Positions 28,761 through 45,572 of a stretch of 64,000 bases of DNA are shown in pieces; the stretch's first letter is position 1; each line of letters begins with the position of its first letter. A model generated the notes under the pieces. It had not been told where the DNA came from. It saw nothing but the letters and a program-made list of their open reading frames with translations, and did not search any database. The position numbers were made by a program, and so were the translations under genes. The stretch is from Eledone cirrhosa (lineage: Eukaryota), in assembly GCA_964016885.1 (NCBI GenBank), contig OZ024741.1:292268001-292332000 (forward strand). Direction: 5' to 3'.

Positions 28761-29413
28761 AGGTCTAAACTTAAGAAGTGATATCATAGGCCGCTGAATT
28801 ATGATTGGTCCAAATAATAATGGTGTTGAGTGGTGGCAGGAGGGAGGGATCTGCGGTAGTTAGCGAGAAGGTTAATTTATAAAATAAAATAACTAGAATT
28901 TCGGCCATAATTAAACGAGCATATAACAGTAATAAGAGTAAGTGTTTAAATACAAGTAGAAGATCGTTTTCGGGGTCTGACAGAATTATGGGATATTAAA
29001 ATACAAGAAGACTATTTTGAACAATCAGACAGAATTATCGAATAGCATTGAAAAAGAAAAGATTGGATTCTGGACGATATGATACAGATAGATGAATGGA
29101 CCAGGGAAGATGAGGAGACGAGAAAAAAATAGGATTATATATATACTGCCACTACAGGAATTGAAGATTCAAGACCTAGCGGTATGTCGAATATCCAATC
29201 TCTTATATATTTTATCTGAGGAAAACGTACTGAAACACCATTGGACCTTTGAAATATGTATAATAAAATATATACTCTGGTTATGATAATATTTCTCATT
29301 TATTAATATTTTGAATAATATTATAGATACTCCAGATAAATTAGTGTTGAGTGCTTCTAATCTATTGTAAAATTGAATTCGTTGAATAATCAACAAACTA
29401 TATACACTTTGGG

Positions 29414-29456
<43 letters not shown>

Positions 29457-29568
29457 TTGTAATAAAATGAAAAGGAAATTTCATTTCTCACTCTTAGTAC
29501 GGCACTTACTTAAATGTAAGTATGTATGTATACGTACATACATATATGTATACAGACGTACAGTAGCA

Positions 29569-29604
<36 letters not shown>

Positions 29605-29755
29605 CAGGTACACATACATATATGTACGTATCAGTTTAGCGGACGCTTATTATAACGCCCGCTTTGTTCGTTTGTAAACAAACTGAACAGCCTGAATTTA
29701 TGCCGTACGGTGTTAAGGCAACCACGTCACCTTTTTGTTCAACACTGACACAGGA

Positions 29756-29798
29756 ACGATGTACTAGTTTCAAGCTTGTTAGCTATCATCAGCACCGT
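29756..29798 (-). ncRNA. Minimal type I hammerhead ribozyme (palindromic stem III)
   Basis: ACGGTG-CTGATGA-T-AGCT(AACA)AGCT-T-GAA-ACTAGT-A-CATCGT. Confidence 0.7.
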
Positions 29799-29938
29799 AT
29801 ACCCTTCTGCTAGATGGTTGAACGTTCGAAAGTATATACTTTCCTTATGAAAATTAACGGCTGAGCAGCCTAATTTGCATATCGAGTGAGTTCGCTCAGG
29901 CGTACCGAAAACGATAAGTTGTAATAAAAATGAAAACG

Positions 29939-30166
<228 letters not shown>

Positions 30167-30215
30167 ATTTATATATATATATGTATATATATATATGTGT
30201 GTATATTTAAATATA

Positions 30216-30287
<72 letters not shown>

Positions 30288-30519
30288 TACATTGGAGTTA
30301 TACTTGTTTGGTAAGTGACTAGACTTGAGACTGTAAGTTGAATCTGACGCAATTACTATGTAGCAGAGCCATTTTAGTGTAACACACACACACACACATA
30401 TATATAGAGAGTGACACTTACACACCCATCCCCCAGTTCAGGTAATTGGATGTGATAATTACATTATATATCACCTGAGTTATTGTGACAGAATAATGGT
30501 TCAGGTAGGAATATTATAG

Positions 30520-32280
30520 CAATATGGAGGTGGTGGTGGCTGTGGTAAGGGGAATGGTGTTGTTGGTGGTGGTAGTGATGGCGTAATGGTATTGGTGTTG
30601 TTGGTGTTAAGGGTAGAAGTGATGGTAATGGTGGCGTCAGGGATAGTCGTAGTGGGTCTGCTGTTGTTATTGATGGTGGTGGTGGCGGTGGTGATGGTGG
30701 TGGTGGTGGTGGTGGTGGTTGTGGTGGTGGTGGTGGTGATGGTGGCGTCAGGGATAGTCGTAATGGGTCTGGTGTTGTTATTGATGGTGGTGGTGGCGGT
30801 GTTGATAGTGGTGGTGGTGGTGGTGGTGGTGGTGGTGGTGGCGTCAGGGATAGTCGTAATGGGTCTGCTGTTGTTATTGATGGTGGTGGTGGCGGTGTTG
30901 ATAGTGGTGGTGGTGGTGGTAATGGTGGTGGTGGTGGTAATGGTGGCGTCAGGGATAGTCGTAATGGGTCTGCTGTTGTTATTGATGGTGGTGGTGGCGG
31001 TGGTGATGGTGGTGGTGGTGGTGGTGGTGGTGGTGGTAATGGTGGCGTCAGGGATAGTCGTAATGGGTCTGGTGTTGTTATTGATGGTGGTGGTGGCGGT
31101 GTTGATGGTGGTGGTGGTGGTGGTGGTGGTGGTGGTAATGGTGGCGTCAGGGATAGTCGTAATGGGTCTGGTGTTGTTATTGATGGTGGTGGTGGCGGTG
31201 TTGATGGTGGTGGTGGTGGTGGTAATGGTGGCGTCAGGGATAGTCGTAATGGGTCTGGTGTTGTTATTGATGGTGGTGGTGGCGGTGTTGATGGTGGTGG
31301 TGGTGTTGATGGTGGTGGTGGTGGTGGTGGTGGTGGTAATGGTGGCGTCAGGGATAGTCGTAATGGGTCTGGTGTTGTTATTGATGGTGGTGGTGGCGGT
31401 GTTGATGGTGGTGGTGGTGGTGGTAATGGTGGCGTCAGGGATAGTCGTAATGGGTCTGGTGTTGTTATTGATGGTGGTGGTGGCGGTGTTGATGGTGGTG
31501 GTGGTGTTGATGGTGGTGGTGGTGGTGGTGGTGGTGGTAATGGTGGCGTCAGGGATAGTCGTAATGGGTCTGGTGTTGTTATTGATGGTGGTGGTGGCGG
31601 TGTTGATAGTGGTGGTGGTGGTGGTGGTGGTGGTGGTGGTGGCGTCAGGGATAGTCGTAGTGGGTCTGGTGTTGTTATTGATGGTGGTGGTGGCGGTGTT
31701 GATGGTGGTGGTGGTAATGGTGGTGGTGGTGGTAATGGTGGCGTCAGGGATAGTCGTAATGGGTCTGGTGTTGTTATTGATGGTGGTGGTGGCGGTGTTG
31801 ATAGTGGTGGTGGTGGTGGTGGAGGTTGTGGTGGTGGTGGTGGTGATGGCAGGGATAGTGTTAATGGGAATGGTATTGTTATTGGTGGTGGTGGTGGTGG
31901 TGGTGGTGGTTGACACAAGGATGGAGGTAATGGGTTTAGTGTTGATAGTAGTGGTGGTGGTGGTGATGGCAGGGATAGTGTTAATGGGAATGGTATTGTT
32001 GTTGTTGTTGTTGGTGGTTGTGACAGTAATGGAGCTAATTGGAGTGGTGTTGTTGGTGGTAGTGGTGGTGTTAATGGAAATGGTGTTGTTGTTGGTGGTT
32101 GTGATAGAGATGAAGCTAATGGGAATGGTGGTTGTGGTAGTGATTGTGGCTGTGGTAGCGGTTGTGGTAGTTGTAGTGGTGGTGGTAGTGGTGGTGGTGG
32201 TGGTGGTGGTGGTGGTGGTGGTGGTAGTGATGGAGGTAATGGGAATAGTATTGTTGATGGTGGTGGTGGTGGCAGTGAAC
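30520..32280. repeat. (GGT)n-based minisatellite, ~80-110-bp variable units
   Basis: Anchor ggcgtcagggatagtcgtaatgggtctg repeated about 12 times. Confidence 0.95.
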
Positions 32281-32780
32281 TGAAGTGGGGTAATGGCGTT
32301 GGTGTTGTTGGTGTTCTAAGTAATCATTTTTTCTACTATTGGCACAAGGCCTGCAATTAACCAGTGCATTACTGGTACTTTATTTTATCGACCCCGTAAG
32401 GATGAAAGGCAAAGTTAACCTCGGTGGGATTCAGTAATAATGGCTCTGTTTCTATTGCTGTTCTTGGTGGTAGTGGTTCTTGGCATCCTGGATATAGTTG
32501 TTGTTAGTGGTAGTGATGGAATGGGATATGGTGGAAATGGTGCTTATGTTGATGGTAATGGATGCCTTGGTAATATGTCTATTGTTGTTATTGTTGTTGT
32601 TTTTGTTGGTGGTGATGATGGTAGTGGTGGTGGTGATGGCAGTAGTAGTGGTGGTGGTGGTGGTAGTGGTGGCAATAGATTTTGTTTCTGTTTTAATAGA
32701 TGTGATGTAGTTTTTGGTGGTTCTGACAATAAAAAATGCAGTGGTGGTGCTACATAACCACAATGATAATGTTTATTTAG

Positions 32781-32972
32781 ATAATTGTTTCTACTTTAGG
32801 CACAAGGCCTGCAATCACCCAGTGCATTACTGGTACTTTATTTTATCGACCCCGTAAGGATGAAAGGCAAAGTTAACCTCGGCGGGATTTGAACTCAGAA
32901 TGGCAAGGGCCGTAACTCTGTGCGTCAAAGCATGGCGTCCGACCCTCTACTGATACTGCCAATCCACCGCCC
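32781..32972 (-). mobile_element. SINE family A (partial copy also at 32326-32431)
   Basis: Full family A sequence. Confidence 0.9.
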
Positions 32973-32974
32973 TT

Positions 32975-33470
32975 GTTTATTATGATAATGAGGATAATGT
33001 TTATGATGATAATGAGGATGATCCTGTTTATTATGACAATGATGTTGATGATAATGTTTATTATGACAATGATGTTGATGATACTGTTTATTATGACTAT
33101 AATGTTGATGATAATGTTTATTATGACAATGATGTCAATAATGTTTATTGTGACAATGATGTAAATAATGTTTATTATGACAATGATGTCAATAATGTTT
33201 ATTGTGACAATGATGTCAATACTGTTTATTATGACTATAATGTTGATGATAATGTTTATTATGACAATGATGTCAATAATGTTTATTGTGACAATGATGT
33301 CAATAATGTTTATTGTGACAATGATGTCAATAATGTTTATTGTGACAATGATGTCAATAATGTTTATTGTGACAATGATGTCAATAATGTTTATTATGAC
33401 AATGATGTCAATAATGTTTATTATGACAATGATGTCAATAATGTTTATTATGACAATGATATTATTATGA
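32975..33470. repeat. 27-bp minisatellite
   Basis: aatgtttattgtgacaatgatgtcaat units. Confidence 0.95.
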
Positions 33471-33519
33471 TAATGATATTGTTTGTTTTGAAAATTGTCA
33501 CTTTCATAAAAGAAAATTG

Positions 33520-34730
33520 CATTTATGATGGCCTTTGATAGGGTACCCCGATCTGTCATCTGGTCCCTAAGGAAACTAGGTGTAGAAGAATGGCTTGTGA
33601 GGACAGTGCAAACTTTGTACAGAAGTACTGTCAGTAAAGTGAGAGTAGGAATGGAGTTTAGTGAGGAATTCCAGATACAAATAGGAGTACATCAGGGTTC
33701 GGTCCTCAGCCCACTCTTGTTCATTATAGTCCTCCAAGCCATAACAGAGGAGTTTAAGACTGGCTTCCCATGGGAAATTCTCTATGCTGATGATCTGGTT
33801 CTTATAGCAGAATCAGTAGAGGAGCTAGAGAATAAATTCTGGCTATAGAAACAGCAGCTGGAATCAAGAGGACTGAGAGTGAACCTAGCTAAGACAAAAG
33901 TGTGGAAAAGTAGAAAAGAGGACAAAACTCTGATTCCATCAGGGAAATGGCCATGTTCAATAGGTAGAAAAGGAACTGGCATAAATTCTATAAAATGTAC
34001 GCAATGCAGATCTTAGGTATACAAGAGATGTAGTGGGATAGCAGGCAAATTAACAGATAGGGAAAAGTATGTATGCAGTAGATGTACAGGGAAAGTTGAC
34101 AGAAGTAATCGCAGTGATAGACACATTTTTCAAATGTAGGTGGGTTCTATAGAAATGGTTGAAAGCTTCTGGTACCTAGGTGATCAGATTAGCATGGGAG
34201 TGGGGTGTTCCAAGGCCATAGTATCTAGAATAAGGATGGATTGGAAGAAGTTTAGGGAGCTGCTTACTCTGTTGACAAAGAAGGGTTTCTCCCTGCATAC
34301 GAAAGGCCAGTTATATGATGCCTGTGTGAGATGTACGATGCTGAATGGTAGTGAGACATGGGCAGCAACTACAGAAGATATGCAACGGCTGGAGAGAAAT
34401 GAAGCAATGTGCGTGAAAAACGAAGCATAGATGAGTTGAGAGAGAAACTGTGTATAAGAGGGATAAGTTGTGGTGTGCAGGAGAGAAGACTGAGATGGTA
34501 TGGACATGTGATGTGGATGGAGGATGACAACTGGGTAAAGAAGTGCCAAGAAATCCCAGTGGAAGGCAGACAAAGTAGAGGAAGATGGCGAAAAACATGG
34601 GTGGAGGTGATGAAAGCAGAGCTCAGATCACTGAATCTCACGGAGGAGATGACGAGGTGGAGAGATGCTGTGCTAAATAGGACCCGTCCCACCCTTGCAA
34701 GTAGGGAAAAGTGGACCTAAAATGATGATG
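33520..34730 (+). mobile_element. 5'-truncated RTE LINE (RT and 3' end)
   Basis: AFDRVPR, GVHQGSVLSPLLF, LYADDLVL, RRLRWYGHV; (GAT)n tail. Confidence 0.93.
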
Positions 34731-34778
34731 ATTATAATGATATATGTATATATATATAGTAATAATAATAATAATGAT

Positions 34779-35170
34779 AATAATTGTCTCTACTTTTAGC
34801 ACAATGCCAGCTAATACCCCAGTGTATACTGATACTTTATTTTATCGACCCCGTAAGGATGAAAGGCAAAGTTAACCTCGGCGTGATTTGAACTCAGAAT
34901 GGCAAGTGCTGTAACTCAATACGTCAAAGCATGGTGACTACCCTCTAACGATACTGCCAATCCACCGCCCTTAATAATGATAATAATTGTTTCTACTTTA
35001 GGCACAAGGCCAGCAATTACCCAGTGCATTACTGGTACTTTATTTTATCGACCCCGTAAGGATGAGAGGCAAAGTCAACCTCGGCGGGATTTGAACTCAG
35101 ATCGTAAAGGGACGTAACTATGTTGGAAAGCATGGCGTCCGACCCTCTACCGATACTGCCAATCCATCAT
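34779..35170 (-). mobile_element. Two tandem SINE family A copies
   Basis: 34779-34971 and 34983-35170, separated by (AAT)-rich tails. Confidence 0.9.
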
Positions 35171-35278
35171 CCTATTTAATAATAATGATAATAATAATGA
35201 ATTTGAAGACTAAAATCCAAAGAGGGTTCGTTAAGGATAAATATATATCAAATATATAAGAACCATAGAGCAAATATT

Positions 35279-35584
<306 letters not shown>

Positions 35585-35598
35585 GTATATATATATAC

Positions 35599-39797
<4,199 letters not shown>

Positions 39798-41650
39798 TAT
39801 TTAAGTTCAATGAGAAAATCTACACCCAAAATGAGGGAGCAGCCATCGGCGTCAGCATAGCTGGTGATGTTGCCAACCTTTTCATGGTATGGTGGGAAAG
39901 GAGACTTAAAGATCTCCTTAATGAAAGCTCCATAGACCTCATCATGTACTCTCGTTATGTAGACGATATCAATATAGTTATAAGAACACCCCCACTAGAG
40001 AGCACTAACAAGTTTGATTTAGAACGTAGCACGATGGAAAGCATCCAGCAGATAGCTAATTCCATACACCAGAGTATAACTGTAACTATAGACTTCCCTT
40101 CCAAACACCCTAACAATAGACTACCTGTATTAGACACAGAACTCTAGATTAACACTATAGACGAGAGAGCCCAAATTCTCCACTCACACTATGCTAAACC
40201 CATGGCCTCCAAATACCTGATACTCAAAAACTCAGCAATGTCCAGTAGTGCTAAGTTTAATATTCTGATCGCAGATTTGGTACGAGTGATGAAGAATGTG
40301 TCCAGCATGTGCGACCCAACAGAAATGGAAGGACACATCCAACACTTCATCAACCGCATGCAGTTCTCTGGCTACAACCAAAGAGACAGAGTCAGAGTAT
40401 ACGAAGGAGCCATGGAAAAGTATAAGACCCTCATAGAACTGGACATGAAAGGAATTTGCCCACTATACAGGAGCAAATCATGGAATAGCTTAGATAGGGC
40501 TAGACATAAGATAGGGAAGGCCACATCATGGTACGACAACCAGAGATATCAGAGTGTCATGTTTGTGGACGCCACCCCCTGGAGGGAAATTAGCTAACCA
40601 GTGTAGAAAGGCCCTGAGAAAGACCCACTTAAAAATAAAGGTGGTAGAAAAGCCAGGAACCACCATAAAATCCCTGATCAGCAAAACCTACCCTTTTAAG
40701 AAAACCCACTGAACCAAAAGGAAATGTATCATATGTAAGGTGAACCCCCGGATAAACTGTAAAACTAGAAACGTAGTCTATAGCATAAGATGTACAGAGG
40801 GTACTTGCAGAAACATGACAACAACATACATAGGTGAGACAGCTCGTAGCATAGGTGAAAGGATAGACCAACACTGGGGGGAACTAAAAGGACGAAAAAA
40901 CGGGTCAGTACTATACGAACATGCTAGACAACAACATGACGGTAACATAGACAACATAGAAATTAGAATAATATCTAAACATAGGAATGACCCAGCAGAT
41001 AGGCAAATCAGAGAGGCCAGTGAAATCGAAATTAGAAGACCAAAGCTAAACAGAAAGAATGAGTGGAACAACAGCAACACCCAAACAAACAACACTGACC
41101 TAAGAGAAGTATAAATAAGTAAATAAAATAAAATAAAATTAAATAAATAAAATAAGATAAATAAATACATACACAAGCACATAAACACACACTAGTCACC
41201 CAGCAGACGCAACACTATACACACTAGTCACACATCACACATAACACTATACACACACGCAAACGCATGCGCAAAGAAGACAAAATAAAATAAGATAAAC
41301 AAACAAGCAAATAAATAAATAAATATATAGACAGACTGAACAAACAAAAAAAATGGCGTAGACATACAACACAACAGGAGGAACAATGAATATAACACCA
41401 CTGACGATGTTGCAGATGTGCAACGAAAGATTTATGTAAATTATGTAAACTATATATATGTGTTTGTGTCTATATTGTATCTGTATTATTTTTGACCGCC
41501 GGTCAGTCAATGGCAACATTGAGGACCGAGTAAGTTAGATCGCAGATATATATATATAAAAGACAGGGAGAAGCGAAAACCAACCAAACAGTGAGTGTGT
41601 TCTGTTATTAATTCTGGCAATATTACGCAAATATGACCCTCCCCAAATAT

Positions 41651-41658
<8 letters not shown>
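39798..41658 (+). mobile_element. Penelope-like retroelement, inverted 5'-truncated arm
   Basis: Near-identical reverse complement of 35791-37653; GIY-YIG ORF at 40740-41114; ends in (TA)n. Confidence 0.92.
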
Positions 41659-41729
<71 letters not shown>

Positions 41730-41740
41730 CTAATGCTCAT

Positions 41741-42578
41741 ATGCTCATAGCCGAATCAATGACTGAAATAGAGAAGAAATTCCAAACATGGAAGCATGGC
41801 CTAGGTTCAAAAGGCCTTAAAGTTAACTTGTCTAAGACTAAAGTACTAGAATGTAGGAAGGAGAATAGGGCACTGGTCCCATCTGGGAAATGGCCATGCT
41901 CAGTGTGTAGGAAAGGAGTAGGCAGAAACTCCATTTTATGTCCCAAATGCAAAGTATGGGTGCATAAAAGATGTAATGGGATCACAGGTAAGCTAACTAA
42001 GAATATAGATTTTATATGTGGCCGGTGCTATGGTGCAATAAATAGCAGCAAATGCCCACAGAATACTAGCTCATTCCATTGCCCAGATGGTTCTATAGAA
42101 ATAGTGGACACCTTCCGTTACCTGGGTGACAAAATCAGCAGTGGTGGAGGGTACTCCGAAAGTACTGTAGCTAGAGTCCGAACGGGATGGAAAAAGTCCC
42201 ACTACCCCCACCCCATCCACACCACCCCTTTAAATGTGAAGTTATATTGGTACCACAGCATCCAGTCTGAAACAAATGAGGTCCGAAACAAATGAGGTCG
42301 TAACAAATGAGGTCCGAAACAAATGAGGTCGTGTAGGTGTCACAACAAAAAAACACACAGTCCACGCTGTAATGTTGACATGTCGTTAACACGGTAAAAA
42401 CATCCCAGTCCACGCTGTAAACGTGGTTGGTGTTAGGAAGGGCATCCAGCCATAGAAAACCCACCAGACAATCCTATACGAGCAGGACAACAAATCTTGC
42501 CTCAAGTGGGAAACCTCCCGTCCAAACCCATGCAAGCGTGGAAGATGGACGTTAAACGATGATGATGATGATGATGAT
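41741..42578 (+). mobile_element. RTE LINE fragment with internal deletion joining RT directly to the 3' UTR
   Basis: Homologous to 26020-26470, then jumps at ~42197 to the 3' UTR; ~16-17-bp aacaaatgaggtc repeats at 42270-42330. Confidence 0.88.
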
Positions 42579-42588
42579 ATATATAATA

Positions 42589-43449
42589 CTAGCAGTAAAG
42601 CCCGGCGTTGCTCGGGGTCGCTCAGTAGCTGTGTTAAAGTTACAATGTTAAGTTTCTTTTTTGGCTTAAAAACTGTAGTGTCTACTGTGCAGACTTGCAT
42701 GTGGTGTTTTTGATTAATATTCCCTCAACCAACAATATGCCTTATGAAGTTAAGAAAACATAACGATAACCCGAATGTTATAACAAAAGAGGATGCTGGG
42801 GATAAAAACTGCACTGGTTATTTATTAACAAAGATCGAAAATGTAAACACTGCAACGCAGAGAAAAACAATGTAAGACGCTCAATGTAAACAGAACAAAG
42901 GGAAATAACTCGTCACTTACGCTCAAAAATCGATACATTAGATTCGATTTCGTCACATAGGGTGGGTCAATTTAAAATATTTTTTTCCGATGTCTTCGCT
43001 AGGGCTCAATATACAAGTATAGCAATTTCGGTGCAATTCCGTCAGAGATTCTAAGAGGAGATGTGTGCCAAAAATCGATAGACAGACAGACAACCACAGC
43101 TTTATATATATAGATGACATAATCAAAAACAAGAACTTATTTGAAAATTTATTTGACCGATGGTTCCGCCGGACCTTCATCTATAAGTGTAGCAATTTCA
43201 CCGAAATTTGAACGTACGGTTTAAGAGGAGATGTGTGCCGAAGGTTTTAGTAGACAGACAACCTCAGTTTTATATATATAGATAATCAAAAACAAGAACT
43301 TATTTGAAAATGTATTTGACCGATGGTTCCGCCGGACCTTCATCTATAAGTGTAGCAATTTCACCGAAATTTGAACGTACGGTTTAAGAGGAGATGTGTG
43401 CCGAAGGTTTTAGTAGACAGACAGACAACCTCAGTTTTATATATATAGA
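42589..43449 (-). mobile_element. Non-autonomous Helitron, copy 1
   Basis: Minus strand 5'-TCTATATATA... to CCCGAGCAACGCCGGG hairpin followed by CTAG-3' (42589-42592), then T. Confidence 0.8.
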
Positions 43450-44989
43450 CTAGCATTAAAGCCCGGCGTTGCTCGGGGTCATTAAGTTACCAAAGTTAGG
43501 TTGCAGCACTTTTTTGTCTGCCAGGCACTGGGTGAATGAATTGCAGACCTGGAAGCATGAGCTGCGCCAGCAGTGACAATTGTAGTTTCGCCTATGGATA
43601 TTATCTCTGTGCAAAAAAGTGTTGAAATTTATTGTTTCACAGTACTTGCGCAACACGCGAGTAGACGATGCCAGCCGAACAACAGACCTGCGATGGAGTT
43701 GTTCTGCATGGTTGTCTGTGTGTTTTCTAAATTTAAGACAGTAGGGAGGGTTGTGATATGAGGGAGAGTTAGCTGTTGTTTCTAGCAGGTTTAGTGACCT
43801 CATAGAGGATATGTGTTTTCTAAATTTAAGACAGTAGGGAGTGGTGTGATATGAGGGAGAGTTAGCTGCTGTTTCTAGCAGGTTTAGTGACCTCATAGAA
43901 GATATGTTTTCTAAATTTAAGACAGTAGGGAGGGGTATGATATGGGGGAGAGTTAGCTGCTGTTTCTAGCAGGTTTAGTAACCTCATAGAGGATATGTGT
44001 TTTCTAAATTTAAGACAGTAGGGAGTGGTGTGATATGAGGGAGAGTTAGCTGCTGTTTCTAGCAGGTTTAGTAACCTCATAGAGGATATGTGTTTTCTAA
44101 ATTTAAGACAGTAGGGAGTGGTGTGATATGAGGGAGAGTTAGCTGCTGTTTCTAGCAGGTTTAGTGACCTCATAGAGGATATTATTGTTTATCATCTATA
44201 TATATAAAACTGACTGCACGCCTAACGAAATTTACAGATACATATATTTTAAATAAACTTATATAATTTTTGCTTTTTTTTACGAAATATTTGCTTGTTT
44301 TACGTAGTCTTTAAATAGACTTGTTTTCAAGTAAAAATGATTGTGTTAATGTCATTTTAAACGCTAAGAAAGCCAGCGTAATTTTTTTAATTTTTGCACG
44401 CAGACGCTCAATGTAAACAGAACAAAGGGAAATAACTGATCACTTACGCTCAAAAATCGATACATTATATTCGATTTCGTCAGATAGGGCGGGTCAATTT
44501 GAAATATTTTTTTTCCGATGTCTTCGCTAGGGCTCAATGTACAAGTATAGCAATTTCGGTGCAATTCCGTGAGAGATTCTAAGAGGAGATGTGTGCCAAA
44601 AATCGATAGACAGACAGACAACCACAGTTTTATATATATAGATGACATAATCAAAAACAAGAACTTATTTGAAAATTTATTTGACCGATGGTTCCGCCGG
44701 ACCTTCATCTATAAGTGTAGCAATTTCACCGAAATTTGAACGTACGGTTTAAGAGGAGATGTGTGCCGAAGGTTTTAGTAGACAGACAGACAACCTCAGT
44801 TTTATATATATAGATGACATAATCAAAAACAAGAACTTATTTGAAAATTTATTTGACCGATGGTTCCGCCGGACCTTCATCTATAAGTGTAGCAATTTCA
44901 CCGAAATTTGAACGTACGGTTTAAGAGGAGATGTGTGCCGAAGGTTTTAGTAGACAGACAGACAACCTCAGTTTTATATATATATAGAT
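43450..44989 (-). mobile_element. Non-autonomous Helitron, copy 2 (head-to-tail with copy 1)
   Basis: Same hairpin and CTAG end at 43450; 44402-44989 matches 42875-43449; repeated ~170-bp 5' modules. Confidence 0.8.
43720..44182. repeat. 93-bp tandem repeat, 5 units, inside Helitron
   Basis: tgttttctaaatttaagacag at 43721, 43814, 43905, 43998 and 44091. Confidence 0.95.
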
Positions 44990-45100
44990 TAGAACAGTGG
45001 TGGGTTATATCCATTGTAGTAGAGCACTCCATGGGACGAGTTTGGTGGGAGTAATTCCACAGCAGTTAATTCACCGTTTCTGAGCTGATGATCTGACTAA

Positions 45101-45197
<97 letters not shown>

Positions 45198-45231
45198 AAG
45201 AAATTAAAAGATGGTTAAAAAGTTCCATGTA

Positions 45232-45298
45232 TTTTATTATGCGCATTTCAAAAACAAATATCATCCAGGGACGATATTTGCGTCCTCATCAGATAAAA
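45232..45298 (-). ncRNA. Type I hammerhead with long stem II
   Basis: TTTTAT-CTGATGA-GGACGCAAATATCGTC(CCTG)GATGATATTTGTTTTT-GAAAT(GCGC)ATA-ATAAAA. Confidence 0.65.
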
Positions 45299-45420
45299 TA
45301 GGGAGACATGATATGAAGCTTAAAAAAGACACTTGTGAGCAAGGTAGTGTCTAAACAACATATATGTATATATATATATATACTCTTTCTGAGCAATGTA
45401 AAGAACACTTTTGATTATTT

Positions 45421-45462
45421 ATGCCCTTGAGAAGCCCAACCGGGCGAAACGTACGTAGGTGC
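45421..45462 (+). ncRNA. Hammerhead-like motif with variant core (CUUGAGAA)
   Basis: TGCC-CTTGAGAA-GCCC(AACC)GGGC-GAAAC(GTAC)GTA-GGTG; AATAAA at 45470. Confidence 0.55.
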
Positions 45463-45514
45463 TGTTTTAAATAAACATGTTTTAACGGTCTATTCTCCGA
45501 TTTCTTACTTTCCC

Positions 45515-45572
<58 letters not shown>

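Noticed and set aside
30464-32283. Long Pro-rich, Thr-rich and Val-rich ORFs resembling extensin or mucin
   Set aside because: Three frames are open simply because the DNA is a (GGT)n-derived minisatellite; no unique domain or splice evidence
41115-41660. SECIS element for the PLE TGA codon
   Set aside because: ATGA candidates examined by eye lack the paired helix and GA quartet; needs SECISearch to exclude formally
43720-44182. Regular repeats as a CRISPR array (also 32975-33470, 18380-20100)
   Set aside because: Contiguous tandem units with no unique spacers, no cas genes, eukaryotic context
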